Source of the DNA: an uncultured Sutterella sp.
Lineage (GTDB): Bacteria > Pseudomonadota > Gammaproteobacteria > Burkholderiales > Burkholderiaceae_F
NCBI GenBank assembly: GCA_905192805.1
Contig: CAJJMF010000001.1
Span: 1 to 39,569 of the forward strand
Length of the DNA stretch: 39,569 bases
Reading direction: 5' to 3'
Below, in pieces: positions 27,473 to 36,436 of the stretch. The position numbers and the translations under genes are program-made. Within the stretch, counting starts at the first letter, position 1. Every line of letters starts with the position of its first letter. The notes beneath the pieces are model-generated. The model was not told the DNA's origin. It did no database searches and saw only the letters and a list, made by a program, of their open reading frames with translations.

Positions 27473-29485
27473 TTAAACCCGTTCCATGGCCGTGTTGCCT
27501 GGAATATGCTTCAAAGTACTGACCCCAAAGAGTCGATAGCAACGCATGCAGCGCGAGGCTTCGGCCCATGCCTGATCTTGGGTTAACCCTTGTTCGACTT
27601 CATCCCAATTCTGAGCGCGCTCCTGAGCGCTGAGTCGCGCCATTTCAGCGCGCGCTTTAACAGGTAGCGGTCGTTCGGCATGGCACTCGGCTAAGAGTTT
27701 CCCTTTGGCAATCAATTCGCCCATTCGACGACGTGCGATAAAACCCGTGTCAAGCGTCATCAGGTATTCGTCAATACTCTTCGCCGCTTGTTGTCCTTGG
27801 GCCATCCCATGAATCAGGGTCGTAGGCCCCGCGGCAGCATCGCCGCCCGCAAACACCCCTGGGCGAGTGGTCTGCAACGCGTCATCCACGGCGATCGTGC
27901 CACGACGCGTTAAGGCAACCCCATCGTCAGGACTCAACACAGCGGGATCCAATTTCTGACCAATCGCGGCAATCACATAGGCGCACGGAATCACGAATTC
28001 ACTGCCTTCAATGGGCACCACGGCACGGCGCCCCGTGGCATCGGGCTCAGTCTCGCGCATACGAATAACTTCTAAGCCAACGACTTTGCCGTTTTCAACC
28101 AAAATCCGTTGGGGAGCCGTTAAAAATTCAAAGCGAATGCCTTCATCAAGCGCGGCATCAATTTCTTCTTGGTCCGCGGGGGCCGAGGCACGCGTGCGTC
28201 GATAACTAACGATCACATTGCCTTCTTTGACCATACGGCGGGCACTACGACAGCAGTCCATCGCCACGTTGCCACACCCCACCACAACCACGTCTCCCTG
28301 AAGTTCAGGGGCTTGTCCGTTACGCTGGGCTTTTTCAATGTCTAAAAGGAAATCCAACCCTTTTAAGTAGCCTTGCGCCTCGGTGTCTTCGTTGGGGAGT
28401 CCAAGGTATTGTCCGAGTGCACACCCCATCGCTAAAAACACAGCCTCATAACCCCGTTTAAATAAGGAGTCAATCGAAAAGTCTCGCCCTAAGCGCTGAT
28501 GGTAGAAATACTGTCCCCCCATCTTTTCAATGACCCCCGTTTCGGTATCCAAAAAGTTGTTTGGCAAGCGATACATGGGAATGCCTAGGCGTGCCATACC
28601 GCCCGCGCCCCCCTGCTCTTCAAAAATATCCACCTGATGTCCGAATCGCAGTAAATGGTAGGCACAGGTAATCCCAGCCGGTCCCGCCCCGACCACGGCG
28701 ACACGTTTCGATACAGGGGTGAGGCGATGGGGAGGTTCATGGGAAAACAAATTCTCAATCGTACTACCCGTATGGTCCGCCGCATAGCGCTTCAAATCAC
28801 GAATCGCCACGGGGCGATCAATTTCGGCACGCACACACGCCCCCTCGCAGGGGCGCACACACACGCGACCACACGAGCCCACCAAGGGATAGTGCTCCAG
28901 CAACACCCCGGTGGCTAACTCCGGATGACCATCACGAATGTAATCAATGTATCGCGGCACATTCACATGGGCAGGGCACGCCTCAATACAAGGCGCCGTC
29001 GCAACCGAATAAAAATCCCGACCCGAATCAGGGATGGCTGGCGCATCGGCAACTAAGCTACGAAAATGCGTGAGGGCCCCAATGAGGGCCGCCGGTGTCG
29101 AAATACCAATCCCGCAGAGACTCGTTTCGGCCATGTGCTCGGCGATCAGTAAAACACGGTCCCAGTCGACCGTGTTACCTTCTCCTTGGCGAGCTTTGTC
29201 GAGTGCCTCATCAATTAATACGGAACCGGCACGGCACGGTGTACACCGGCCGCAGGAGAGCTCCCGGGTACGATGGTAGTAACGCCAGAGAATATCCGCG
29301 AGCGTGACACGCGTATCAAAAACGAGAAACCCTTGAGGTCCAACAAATCCCGCCACCGGGTTGCCGGGATTAAACATCGAAAACTCTTCGATCGGTAAGG
29401 AGTCCGGTACTTCTCCGTCAATCGTGCGACGGTTGTCGTAGACACGGCCCTTCCAGACGCCATAAATGAGTTCGTCCATAGCCAA
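27473..29485 (-). CDS. Fe-S flavoprotein: NuoF-type 4Fe-4S domain + GltD-like FAD/NAD(P)H domain (SfrB-like); alternative start ATG 29479
   Basis: SCGRCTPCR...SLCGIG; APCIEACP; CGRVC.RPCE..C; GAGPAG; GCGNVAMD...YRR; FAGGD; RCMRC. Confidence 0.9.
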   Translation of the reverse strand: MAMDELIYGVWKGRVYDNRRTIDGEVPDSLPIEEFSMFNPGNPVAGFVGPQGFLVFDTRVTLADILWRYYHRTRELSCGRCTPCRAGSVLIDEALDKARQGEGNTVDWDRVLLIAEHMAETSLCGIGISTPAALIGALTHFRSLVADAPAIPDSGRDFYSVATAPCIEACPAHVNVPRYIDYIRDGHPELATGVLLEHYPLVGSCGRVCVRPCEGACVRAEIDRPVAIRDLKRYAADHTGSTIENLFSHEPPHRLTPVSKRVAVVGAGPAGITCAYHLLRFGHQVDIFEEQGGAGGMARLGIPMYRLPNNFLDTETGVIEKMGGQYFYHQRLGRDFSIDSLFKRGYEAVFLAMGCALGQYLGLPNEDTEAQGYLKGLDFLLDIEKAQRNGQAPELQGDVVVVGCGNVAMDCCRSARRMVKEGNVIVSYRRTRASAPADQEEIDAALDEGIRFEFLTAPQRILVENGKVVGLEVIRMRETEPDATGRRAVVPIEGSEFVIPCAYVIAAIGQKLDPAVLSPDDGVALTRRGTIAVDDALQTTRPGVFAGGDAAAGPTTLIHGMAQGQQAAKSIDEYLMTLDTGFIARRRMGELIAKGKLLAECHAERPLPVKARAEMARLSAQERAQNWDEVEQGLTQDQAWAEASRCMRCYRLFGVSTLKHIPGNTAMERV

Positions 29486-29704
29486 TCTTTTCCTTTATGT
29501 CTAGGCGTGGGTCGCATAAAGACAGGACTGCTTCACACGACACAAAGGGAGACTACGCCCAAGACAGAAAACGAAGCCAACAAAGGGGTCAGACTGACTC
29601 ATTACTCAGGCGTAAGCTCATGCGTTTGGCAATATTATCATTAGCTTCTCGGGATTGCTATGACGAAATAACGCCCTAGGGCTACTCAACTTGGCCGAGT
29701 ACGA

Positions 29705-30568
29705 CTACTTTTGTGAGCGAGCAGAATGGCGATAGGGCTGCAAACACTTCACCACCTGTTCAAACGAGGCTGGCATTTCCTTAAAACGATAGACCGTTTT
29801 CATGGCTCCCGAGAGCGCTTCGTAGCGATACACGTCACCCGTATACTTCACCCAGGCACGGTAGAACACACTGTCGGGATAGGTTTTGGCCGTTTCCACA
29901 AAAATAAGGTGTCCTCCCAAGAGCGTCACAAGCACCCCTTCCGAGGTGGACTGAAGGACTTTGGCATAGCTTGACGTTGGATACACCCAACCCGACTCTG
30001 GCACATGGCTCCCATCGGATCCCCCCGCGACAAACCAATCCACCGTGCGCTCTAACTCCACGCCCTCCACCGGGAAGTCACCAAAACAGGCTTGGATCGC
30101 CGCTTCACGCGCTTCTTCGGGCGTAGGGGCTTTCGGTTCAGGTTGAGCGGTACGTGTGATTTCTTCGGTGATAGCCTCCGCTAAGGGCGCTGCCGTACGA
30201 GGTTCGGGACGAGTCGTCTCGTGAGACCCACGAGGCGCGCTTGCCTCAGCACGATCCTTCACCATCTTGCTATAGACAGCCTCGGAGTCGGCAAACCACT
30301 CGCGCACACAGTGAAGCGTTTGACAGGCTTCACGCTTTTTCCAATTAGCGACCACGAAGGCCCGAAATTCGGGCGTATTACCCGTCGCTTTTTTGGCCGC
30401 TTGATAGGTCTGCGACAAATGCTCATCCGCGAGCGAGAGCTGCGCATCCGCGCAGATGAGTTTTTCCGAATAGGAGCGTGCCTTGGTGCAATCAAAACTG
30501 GCGGCCCAGAGTGGCGTCGCGAGTACACCGAGCGTTATCCACGTGCAAAGCGAGGGGGTCAATCGCAT
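29705..30568 (-). CDS. secreted protein with LprI (DUF1311)-like N-terminal domain
   Basis: Signal peptide, then ASFDCTKARSYSEKLICAD..LS.AD..L...Y...W...R..C....C; Pro-rich linker; beta-rich C-terminus. Confidence 0.8.
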   Translation of the reverse strand: MRLTPSLCTWITLGVLATPLWAASFDCTKARSYSEKLICADAQLSLADEHLSQTYQAAKKATGNTPEFRAFVVANWKKREACQTLHCVREWFADSEAVYSKMVKDRAEASAPRGSHETTRPEPRTAAPLAEAITEEITRTAQPEPKAPTPEEAREAAIQACFGDFPVEGVELERTVDWFVAGGSDGSHVPESGWVYPTSSYAKVLQSTSEGVLVTLLGGHLIFVETAKTYPDSVFYRAWVKYTGDVYRYEALSGAMKTVYRFKEMPASFEQVVKCLQPYRHSARSQK

Positions 30569-30889
30569 ACAAAATCCTCTTAATCACGACAATTTCAGTT
30601 GTCAATAGTGTTCATTATAGTCATTCACTCTCGTCTCACTCGACTTGATACTAATCAGTATTTTCAGAAAAAATTCGCTTTTCCATAATTTTTTATGAAA
30701 ATACTCATTCTTTTGGTGGAGTCCATTGCGATTTTTCTTTAAAATGACTTCGTTTTCTCATCAACCTTCCCGGGCACGTCATGGCTCGATCGCCCTTTGA
30801 CGGGGTTAACGGAGCTTCTACCCAAGTCCCCGTCTCCCGTTGTATCGTGCCTACCCGCTATGACCCTTGTCCGAACTTTGGATACCCTT

Positions 30890-31564
30890 ATGGCTTCTGA
30901 GATTTCTCCTATTCTTTCTCAATACATCCCCATTGCCGATTTACTCGTCAAAACCTTCGGTGAGGACTGCGAGGTCGTTTTGCATGACTTGAGTAAGCCA
31001 GAAAACTCTGTCGTTTATGTCGCTAATGGTAAGGTGACGGGGCGTCGCGTTGGAGACAGCTTTCAGCATCTGATTTCGCAAGCGCTCATTGCGGAGAAAA
31101 CCTATAAGGATGTGATCCCTAACTACTACTTCCGTCATCAAGATAAGCTCATTCGCTCCTCGTCGCTCTTTATTCGCGACTTGGAAGGGCATTTGGTGGG
31201 GGCGCTCTGTATCAACCTGGATACAAGCAAAATCACCCAGCAAATTACCTACTTAACGGGACTCTTACCGGACGTGCAAAAAGCGCCCAGCAGTCTCAAT
31301 CCGTTCCGAAGTTTTACGCTCGATTCGATCGATCCAACCAATGTCAATAGCAACATGCTGGATATTGTCAACGAAATGATCGACAGCATTTTGGCCAGTC
31401 ACGACTCGGCCTTTAATAAAGAATCGCGCTTAAAAATCATTCGCTTCATGCTCTCGCGTGGCGTATTCCAAGTCAAGGGGGCCGTCGAAATCGTGGCCGA
31501 ACGCTTGGGAATTTCGAAAGCCACGATGTATGGCTACATTGATGAAGCCCGCAATAATCCTTAA
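30890..31564 (+). CDS. YheO/DauR-like transcriptional regulator (PAS_6 + HTH_22)
   Basis: FGEDCEVVLHDL, NG.VTGR.VG, IRSSS.FIRD...GALCINLD, GVFQVKGAV..VA..LGIS..T.Y.Y; start set at ATG 30890. Confidence 0.92.
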   Translation: MASEISPILSQYIPIADLLVKTFGEDCEVVLHDLSKPENSVVYVANGKVTGRRVGDSFQHLISQALIAEKTYKDVIPNYYFRHQDKLIRSSSLFIRDLEGHLVGALCINLDTSKITQQITYLTGLLPDVQKAPSSLNPFRSFTLDSIDPTNVNSNMLDIVNEMIDSILASHDSAFNKESRLKIIRFMLSRGVFQVKGAVEIVAERLGISKATMYGYIDEARNNP

Positions 31565-31609
31565 TCGCGCTCACCGTACTCTTGTTTTTCCTTCCTAGGG
31601 AGGCCTACT

Positions 31610-32704
31610 ATGGATTTCATTTGTTCGCGTTGCGGAGAACGTACTCCGAGCACTACGCATGCGTCTCACTGCCATTGTGGGGGACTGTTTAATATCGACT
31701 TTGAAGCCCCCCGTTGGGACGCTTCCCTGATTGATCGCTCCGAGTGGAGTCTGTTTCGCTATCGCCGCTTTATGGCAATCGATGGGGACGCTTGGCGTCA
31801 CATCACCATGGGTGAAGGGATGACCCCTGTGATTCGTCTGGACGATCAGGTCTTATTAAAGATGGATTACACCATGCCCACGTTATCCTTTAAAGACCGT
31901 GGGGCAGCCACCCTCGTGAGCCACATGGCAGAAATTGGGGTGAAACGTTGTGTGCAAGACTCCAGCGGTAATGCGGGTAACAGCGTGGCTGCTTACTGTG
32001 CGCGTGCGGGGATTGCCTGCGACATTTACGTCCCCGAAGGAACCAGTCCTAAAAAGATCACCATGATCGAATCCCATGGTGCCAAAGTTCATGTGATCCC
32101 CGGTACGCGTGACCACTGTGCCGATGTGTGCCGTGCGGCCGTCCTCAACGAAGGCGCCTACTACGCCAACCACGTCTACAACCCCTATTTCTATGAAGGG
32201 ATGAAGGCGTATATCTACGAAACCCTCGAACAATTGGGTCGTTTACCTGAACACATCGTCGTGCCCGTCGGGAACGGTACGCTCTTTATTGGTGTCATGA
32301 AGGCCATTGAACATTTAATGGCCTCGGGTGCCATTGAAAAAGAACCCCATATCGTCGCGTTGCAAAGCGAATACTGCGACCCGCTTTACCAGGCCGTGGA
32401 ACAAGGCAAAGACGAACCCGTCGCCGTCACACCGCGTCCTACCCAAGCCGAAGGCATCGCGATTGGTCGCCCGATGCGCGGTCGTCAATTGCTTGACTAT
32501 GTGAAACGCCATAACGTCACCATGGTCCATGCCCCGGAAGATCAGATTTTAGCCGCCCGTTCGCACTTAGCCAAACGCGGGATTTATTGTGAGCACACGA
32601 CGGCTGCCAACTATGCCGCCTGGCTCCATTACGCTGAAACTGCCCACCCCGAAGGGGACGTGCTGATTACGATGTGTGGTGCGGGCATTAAGTCCGACCA
32701 TTAA
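31610..32704 (+). CDS. threonine-synthase-like PLP enzyme (fold type II)
   Basis: N-terminal CxxC...CxC, MGEGMTP, PTLSFKDRG (PLP Lys), DSSGNAG, VPVGNG; GGGAGG RBS. Confidence 0.85.
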   Translation: MDFICSRCGERTPSTTHASHCHCGGLFNIDFEAPRWDASLIDRSEWSLFRYRRFMAIDGDAWRHITMGEGMTPVIRLDDQVLLKMDYTMPTLSFKDRGAATLVSHMAEIGVKRCVQDSSGNAGNSVAAYCARAGIACDIYVPEGTSPKKITMIESHGAKVHVIPGTRDHCADVCRAAVLNEGAYYANHVYNPYFYEGMKAYIYETLEQLGRLPEHIVVPVGNGTLFIGVMKAIEHLMASGAIEKEPHIVALQSEYCDPLYQAVEQGKDEPVAVTPRPTQAEGIAIGRPMRGRQLLDYVKRHNVTMVHAPEDQILAARSHLAKRGIYCEHTTAANYAAWLHYAETAHPEGDVLITMCGAGIKSDH

Positions 32705-32724
32705 TCGCGACCCTTGCTTTTGCC

Positions 32725-32760
32725 ACCCGTGAGCGTGCACCGCACGATCACGGGTTTTCT
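32725..32760 (+). terminator. intrinsic terminator
   Basis: ACCCGTGA-GCGTGC-ACC-GCACGA-TCACGGGT-TTT. Confidence 0.75.
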
Positions 32761-32773
32761 CTTTTGGGACCCG

Positions 32774-33304
32774 TTAATAGACGGCGTGCATGACACGCGA
32801 CACTAAGAGCGTGTTGAAGGCTTGGTATTCGTCCGCAGAAATCGCCTTCGGTGAACTCATCACGACCAAATCATGGCCTCGGTACCCTGGGTGATAGGCA
32901 GGGTGCACGTGTGGATACGGATTGGCGACAAACCCCGAACGTTCATAAAACCCCTGACGGCGTTGCGAGATGGCATCAATCGGAGGATCAATTTCGAGAA
33001 CAACCGTTTTGCCTTTCGCTTGTAAGTAGCCCAGGGCCTGCTTCCCTAATCCTTGATTACGACGACTGCTATCAATGGCTAAGTGTTCAACATAGAGAAA
33101 CGAGTCCCCCTCCCAGTAGAGCACAATCCCGGCAAACGTTCCCTCCTGCAACATCACCTCAAAGTGATAAGCGGGATCACTGAGAATGCGATCTTGTGAC
33201 GGGGCCTCACGCTGTTCATGGTACGGAAAACTCTGCGCATACAACGCACGGGCGTCGGCATAATACGGATCGTGAGGGGACTTAATACGGATAAATTCGC
33301 TCAT
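32774..33304 (-). CDS. GNAT-family acetyltransferase
   Basis: LYAQSFPYHEQR, YVEHLAID...RNQGLG, VLEIDPP...RR.GFYER.GF; start set at ATG 33304. Confidence 0.88.
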   Translation of the reverse strand: MSEFIRIKSPHDPYYADARALYAQSFPYHEQREAPSQDRILSDPAYHFEVMLQEGTFAGIVLYWEGDSFLYVEHLAIDSSRRNQGLGKQALGYLQAKGKTVVLEIDPPIDAISQRRQGFYERSGFVANPYPHVHPAYHPGYRGHDLVVMSSPKAISADEYQAFNTLLVSRVMHAVY

Positions 33305-33482
33305 AGTATTCTGTAGGTTCACTCGCTCAGTCCTTTCTGTTAGTGAGACTGAGCGTTGAAATGACAAACGAAAGCCCATGGTACGCCAGTGACCCAAGGG
33401 GGTCAAGCACAACGCGCGAGATCCAAAAAGGAACGCCCGCTTCAGCAACAACCGAAACGGGCGTTTTTCCGAGCCACCGAAT

Positions 33483-34649
33483 TTAGAGACAGGTGTTGAG
33501 GATCACCTCAACGTCTTCTTTCGCTAACGGGAGCAAATGGCCCACGGGACCCCGTGCGCAACAACGCTGTGCCAAATCCGCCACCGGCACATCGGTATAC
33601 CCCAATTCCGAAAGCGTCAAGGGCATCCCCATGTTCTGGTAGAACGCACAGAGTTTGGCAATCCCCAAGGAAATGGTTTCCGTCTCGGACTCTTGTGCCG
33701 GGACCCCCATCACACGGATGGCAAACTGGACAAATCGCTTGGGTTTTTGCAAGGCGACATAGCGCATCCAAGCGGGGATCACAATCGCCAACCCCATCCC
33801 ATGCACAATCTCTTCGTTCCAACCCGAGAGCATGTGTTCGATCGCATGGCAGGCCCAGTCTTCTTCGCGCCCTAACCCAAAGTAACCATTATGAGCAAAG
33901 GTCCCGACCATCGCTACTTGGCACCAGGAATCGTAGTCTTCGGGGTTATTGCGTAAGCGTAACCCAAAGACCATTGCCGTACGCATCGCGGCTTCCGCCT
34001 GCGCATCCGTATAGGCCGTGTGGGGGGTATTGGAGAAGTAACGCTCCATGATGTGCGAAATCATGTCCACCACCCCAGCACCGATTTGCTTCATCGGCAA
34101 GGTCATGAAGAGTTCGGGATTGATGATAGCAACACGCGGGCGAATGCACTCGGCCCCAATCCCCGTCTTCACACCGTTGTGCGTCATCACGGAGCGAATG
34201 GATTGTTCACTACCCGCAGCAGGCAACGTTAATACCGCAATCACCGGGAGAGCTTCGGTCGGCTGGCGCCCTTCCGCATAGTAAACCCAAGGGTCGGATT
34301 TGGTTTTTAACCCCACCGCCGCAGCCTTGGCGGTGTCGATTACGGAACCGCCCCCAGCGGCAAGCACTAAGTCAATGGTTTCGTCCTTTAATTCGTCCAT
34401 TAACTGATGCACAAAACTCATTAACGGGTTGGGCTGAACCCCACCACGTGCCAACACCGTGTGACCGGCTTGTGTCAATTGGGTTTCTAAGCGCCCTAAG
34501 AGCCCAGAGCGGACTACCGACCCTCCACCATAGACCACCAAAACACGTGCAGGACGACCTACAACTTGTGTCACCAAATCACCGACCTGATTTTCAGCGC
34601 CGCGACCAAAAACTAAACGACACGGATTGTAGTAACTAAAATTCAACAT
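33483..34649 (-). CDS. iron-containing alcohol dehydrogenase (BdhA/YugJ/YqhD-like)
   Basis: YYNP.RLVFG, VYGGGS, GGGSVIDTAK, TLPAAGSE, D.ISH..E.Y, H.IEH, HG.GLA. Confidence 0.93.
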   Translation of the reverse strand: MLNFSYYNPCRLVFGRGAENQVGDLVTQVVGRPARVLVVYGGGSVVRSGLLGRLETQLTQAGHTVLARGGVQPNPLMSFVHQLMDELKDETIDLVLAAGGGSVIDTAKAAAVGLKTKSDPWVYYAEGRQPTEALPVIAVLTLPAAGSEQSIRSVMTHNGVKTGIGAECIRPRVAIINPELFMTLPMKQIGAGVVDMISHIMERYFSNTPHTAYTDAQAEAAMRTAMVFGLRLRNNPEDYDSWCQVAMVGTFAHNGYFGLGREEDWACHAIEHMLSGWNEEIVHGMGLAIVIPAWMRYVALQKPKRFVQFAIRVMGVPAQESETETISLGIAKLCAFYQNMGMPLTLSELGYTDVPVADLAQRCCARGPVGHLLPLAKEDVEVILNTCL

Positions 34650-34939
34650 CGCTCAATACCCTCAAACAATTCAAATCGAGCGTTCATAGGCCATAAGGGC
34701 ATAGTGAACACTCACTCCACTCAAATGCAACAAGCAAAGTTCATGCTTTACAGCCGTCACCAGTGCCTCTTGGACAACCTGTCTGCCTGCCGTGAATGGC
34801 AACCCAATCACCCATAGAGGTGGGTATTCCAATTCAATTATTTTAGCGAGTCCACCCCATGGCGACTAGTAGCCAAGCGATTGGGCTCCTACTGCGTCGG
34901 GAGAACTAGTCGTGAAGATCCAGCACCCCTCCCTGTGAG

Positions 34940-35731
34940 CTACTTTCGCCAGCGACGGCGTTGCTCAAATAAACAGACGGCTGCAGCAGCGGCCACGTTT
35001 AAACTTTCACAGTCGGGCTCAATCGGAATGTAGAAGCGGCGATCCGTAAGCGAAAGCGCCTCTTCAGAGACTCCAGGCCCCTCCGCTCCCATAATCCACG
35101 CCGTAGGCGCTGGCGGATAGTGGTCGGTGGCAAAGAGATCCTCCCCTCCTCGCGCATCGGCTGCTAGGATCGTGCCTGAGAAGCGTTCACGCAGTTGGTG
35201 AGCACTCACTCCTTCAATCAACGTCGCCCCAAAATGGGCCCCCATGCCTGCACGTAATACTTTCGGTGTCCAGAGCTGCACCGTGTTGGGTGACGTAACA
35301 ATGGTTTTTACCCCAGCCGCCACCGCCGTACGAATTAACGTCCCCGCATTGCCCGTATCCTGTACGCCATCCAAATAAAGCAGGGACTGCGTGGCGTCGA
35401 CTGAGTCAATCGTCAGCACCGGGACGGCGATTTCCATCATGATGCCAATACCATGCTCCACAGGGCTCAACGCTTGAAAAAGGGAATTTTTAAGGGTAAA
35501 TAGTGCGATCCCTTGGGTTTGGGCACGAGCGAGCAACGCTTGGGCTTCCGCATTGGGCGATTCGTTCACCAAGAGGGCAGCGACACGCGTCGAGCGATTC
35601 GCCAGGGCTGTCTCGCAAAGATGGGCGCCTTCCAATAAAGTGGCCCCCTCTTTTTTCACCGCTCGTGACTCGGTGGCTAACTTTTTCCAGCGCTTATAGC
35701 GCGGGTTAGATTCACTCTCAATGAATGTCAT
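34940..35731 (-). CDS. TrmH/SpoU-family RNA methyltransferase
   Basis: LDGVQDTGNAGTLIRTA, MGAEGPG, ESLNVAAA; start set at ATG 35731. Confidence 0.92.
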   Translation of the reverse strand: MTFIESESNPRYKRWKKLATESRAVKKEGATLLEGAHLCETALANRSTRVAALLVNESPNAEAQALLARAQTQGIALFTLKNSLFQALSPVEHGIGIMMEIAVPVLTIDSVDATQSLLYLDGVQDTGNAGTLIRTAVAAGVKTIVTSPNTVQLWTPKVLRAGMGAHFGATLIEGVSAHQLRERFSGTILAADARGGEDLFATDHYPPAPTAWIMGAEGPGVSEEALSLTDRRFYIPIEPDCESLNVAAAAAVCLFEQRRRWRK

Positions 35732-35735
35732 TGAA

Positions 35736-36428
35736 CTACTTCTCACTTGTGTGTTCGTTAAGATAGTCGCGAATTGGCTTGAAGGTTTTCCGATGAATCG
35801 GGGTCACCCCAAATTGCGCAATGGCAGCAAGGTGTTGCCGTGTGCCATATCCCATATGTTGGGCAAAGCCGTACTGAGGGTAGGTCTTATCGAGGTCGAC
35901 CATTAATGCGTCGCGACTGGTTTTGGCCAAAATGGAGGCAGCGGCAATCTGTGCAACGCGCGCATCTCCCTCGACCAAGGTGGTCACTGGGTAAGGAAAC
36001 CCTCGGGGACGATAATTCCCGTCAATCATGACAATCGTCGGTTTGAGCGTTAAGCCTAATACCGCTCGCTTCATGGCCAGTACCGTGGCTTGCAAAATAT
36101 TGTGCGTATCGATTTCCGGTTCGGACCCCCACGCCACACACCACGCCAAGGCTTTAGCACGGATTTCTTCGGCTAAGACGTCACGCTCGTGAGCGCTTAA
36201 CTGTTTGGAGTCGTTTAATCCGACAATCGGACGATGGCGATCCAAAATCACGGCGGCCGCACACACGGGACCGGCGAGGCATCCACGCCCCGCTTCATCC
36301 ACACCGACCGCATTGACCTCATCCCAAGGGTAAAGCGTCTCGGCAAAAAGCCCCGGTACCCCAGCCTCTAACGTGAGGGCTGGTTTATCGCCCTCACCGA
36401 TCCAGAACCAATCGTTTTGCGCCGACAT
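35736..36428 (-). CDS. rnhB: ribonuclease HII
   Basis: GVDEAGRG.LAGPV, LNDSK, IDGN, IAAASILAK, GYGT..H; start set at ATG 36428. Confidence 0.96.
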   Translation of the reverse strand: MSAQNDWFWIGEGDKPALTLEAGVPGLFAETLYPWDEVNAVGVDEAGRGCLAGPVCAAAVILDRHRPIVGLNDSKQLSAHERDVLAEEIRAKALAWCVAWGSEPEIDTHNILQATVLAMKRAVLGLTLKPTIVMIDGNYRPRGFPYPVTTLVEGDARVAQIAAASILAKTSRDALMVDLDKTYPQYGFAQHMGYGTRQHLAAIAQFGVTPIHRKTFKPIRDYLNEHTSEK

Positions 36429-36436
36429 ACCCGTCT

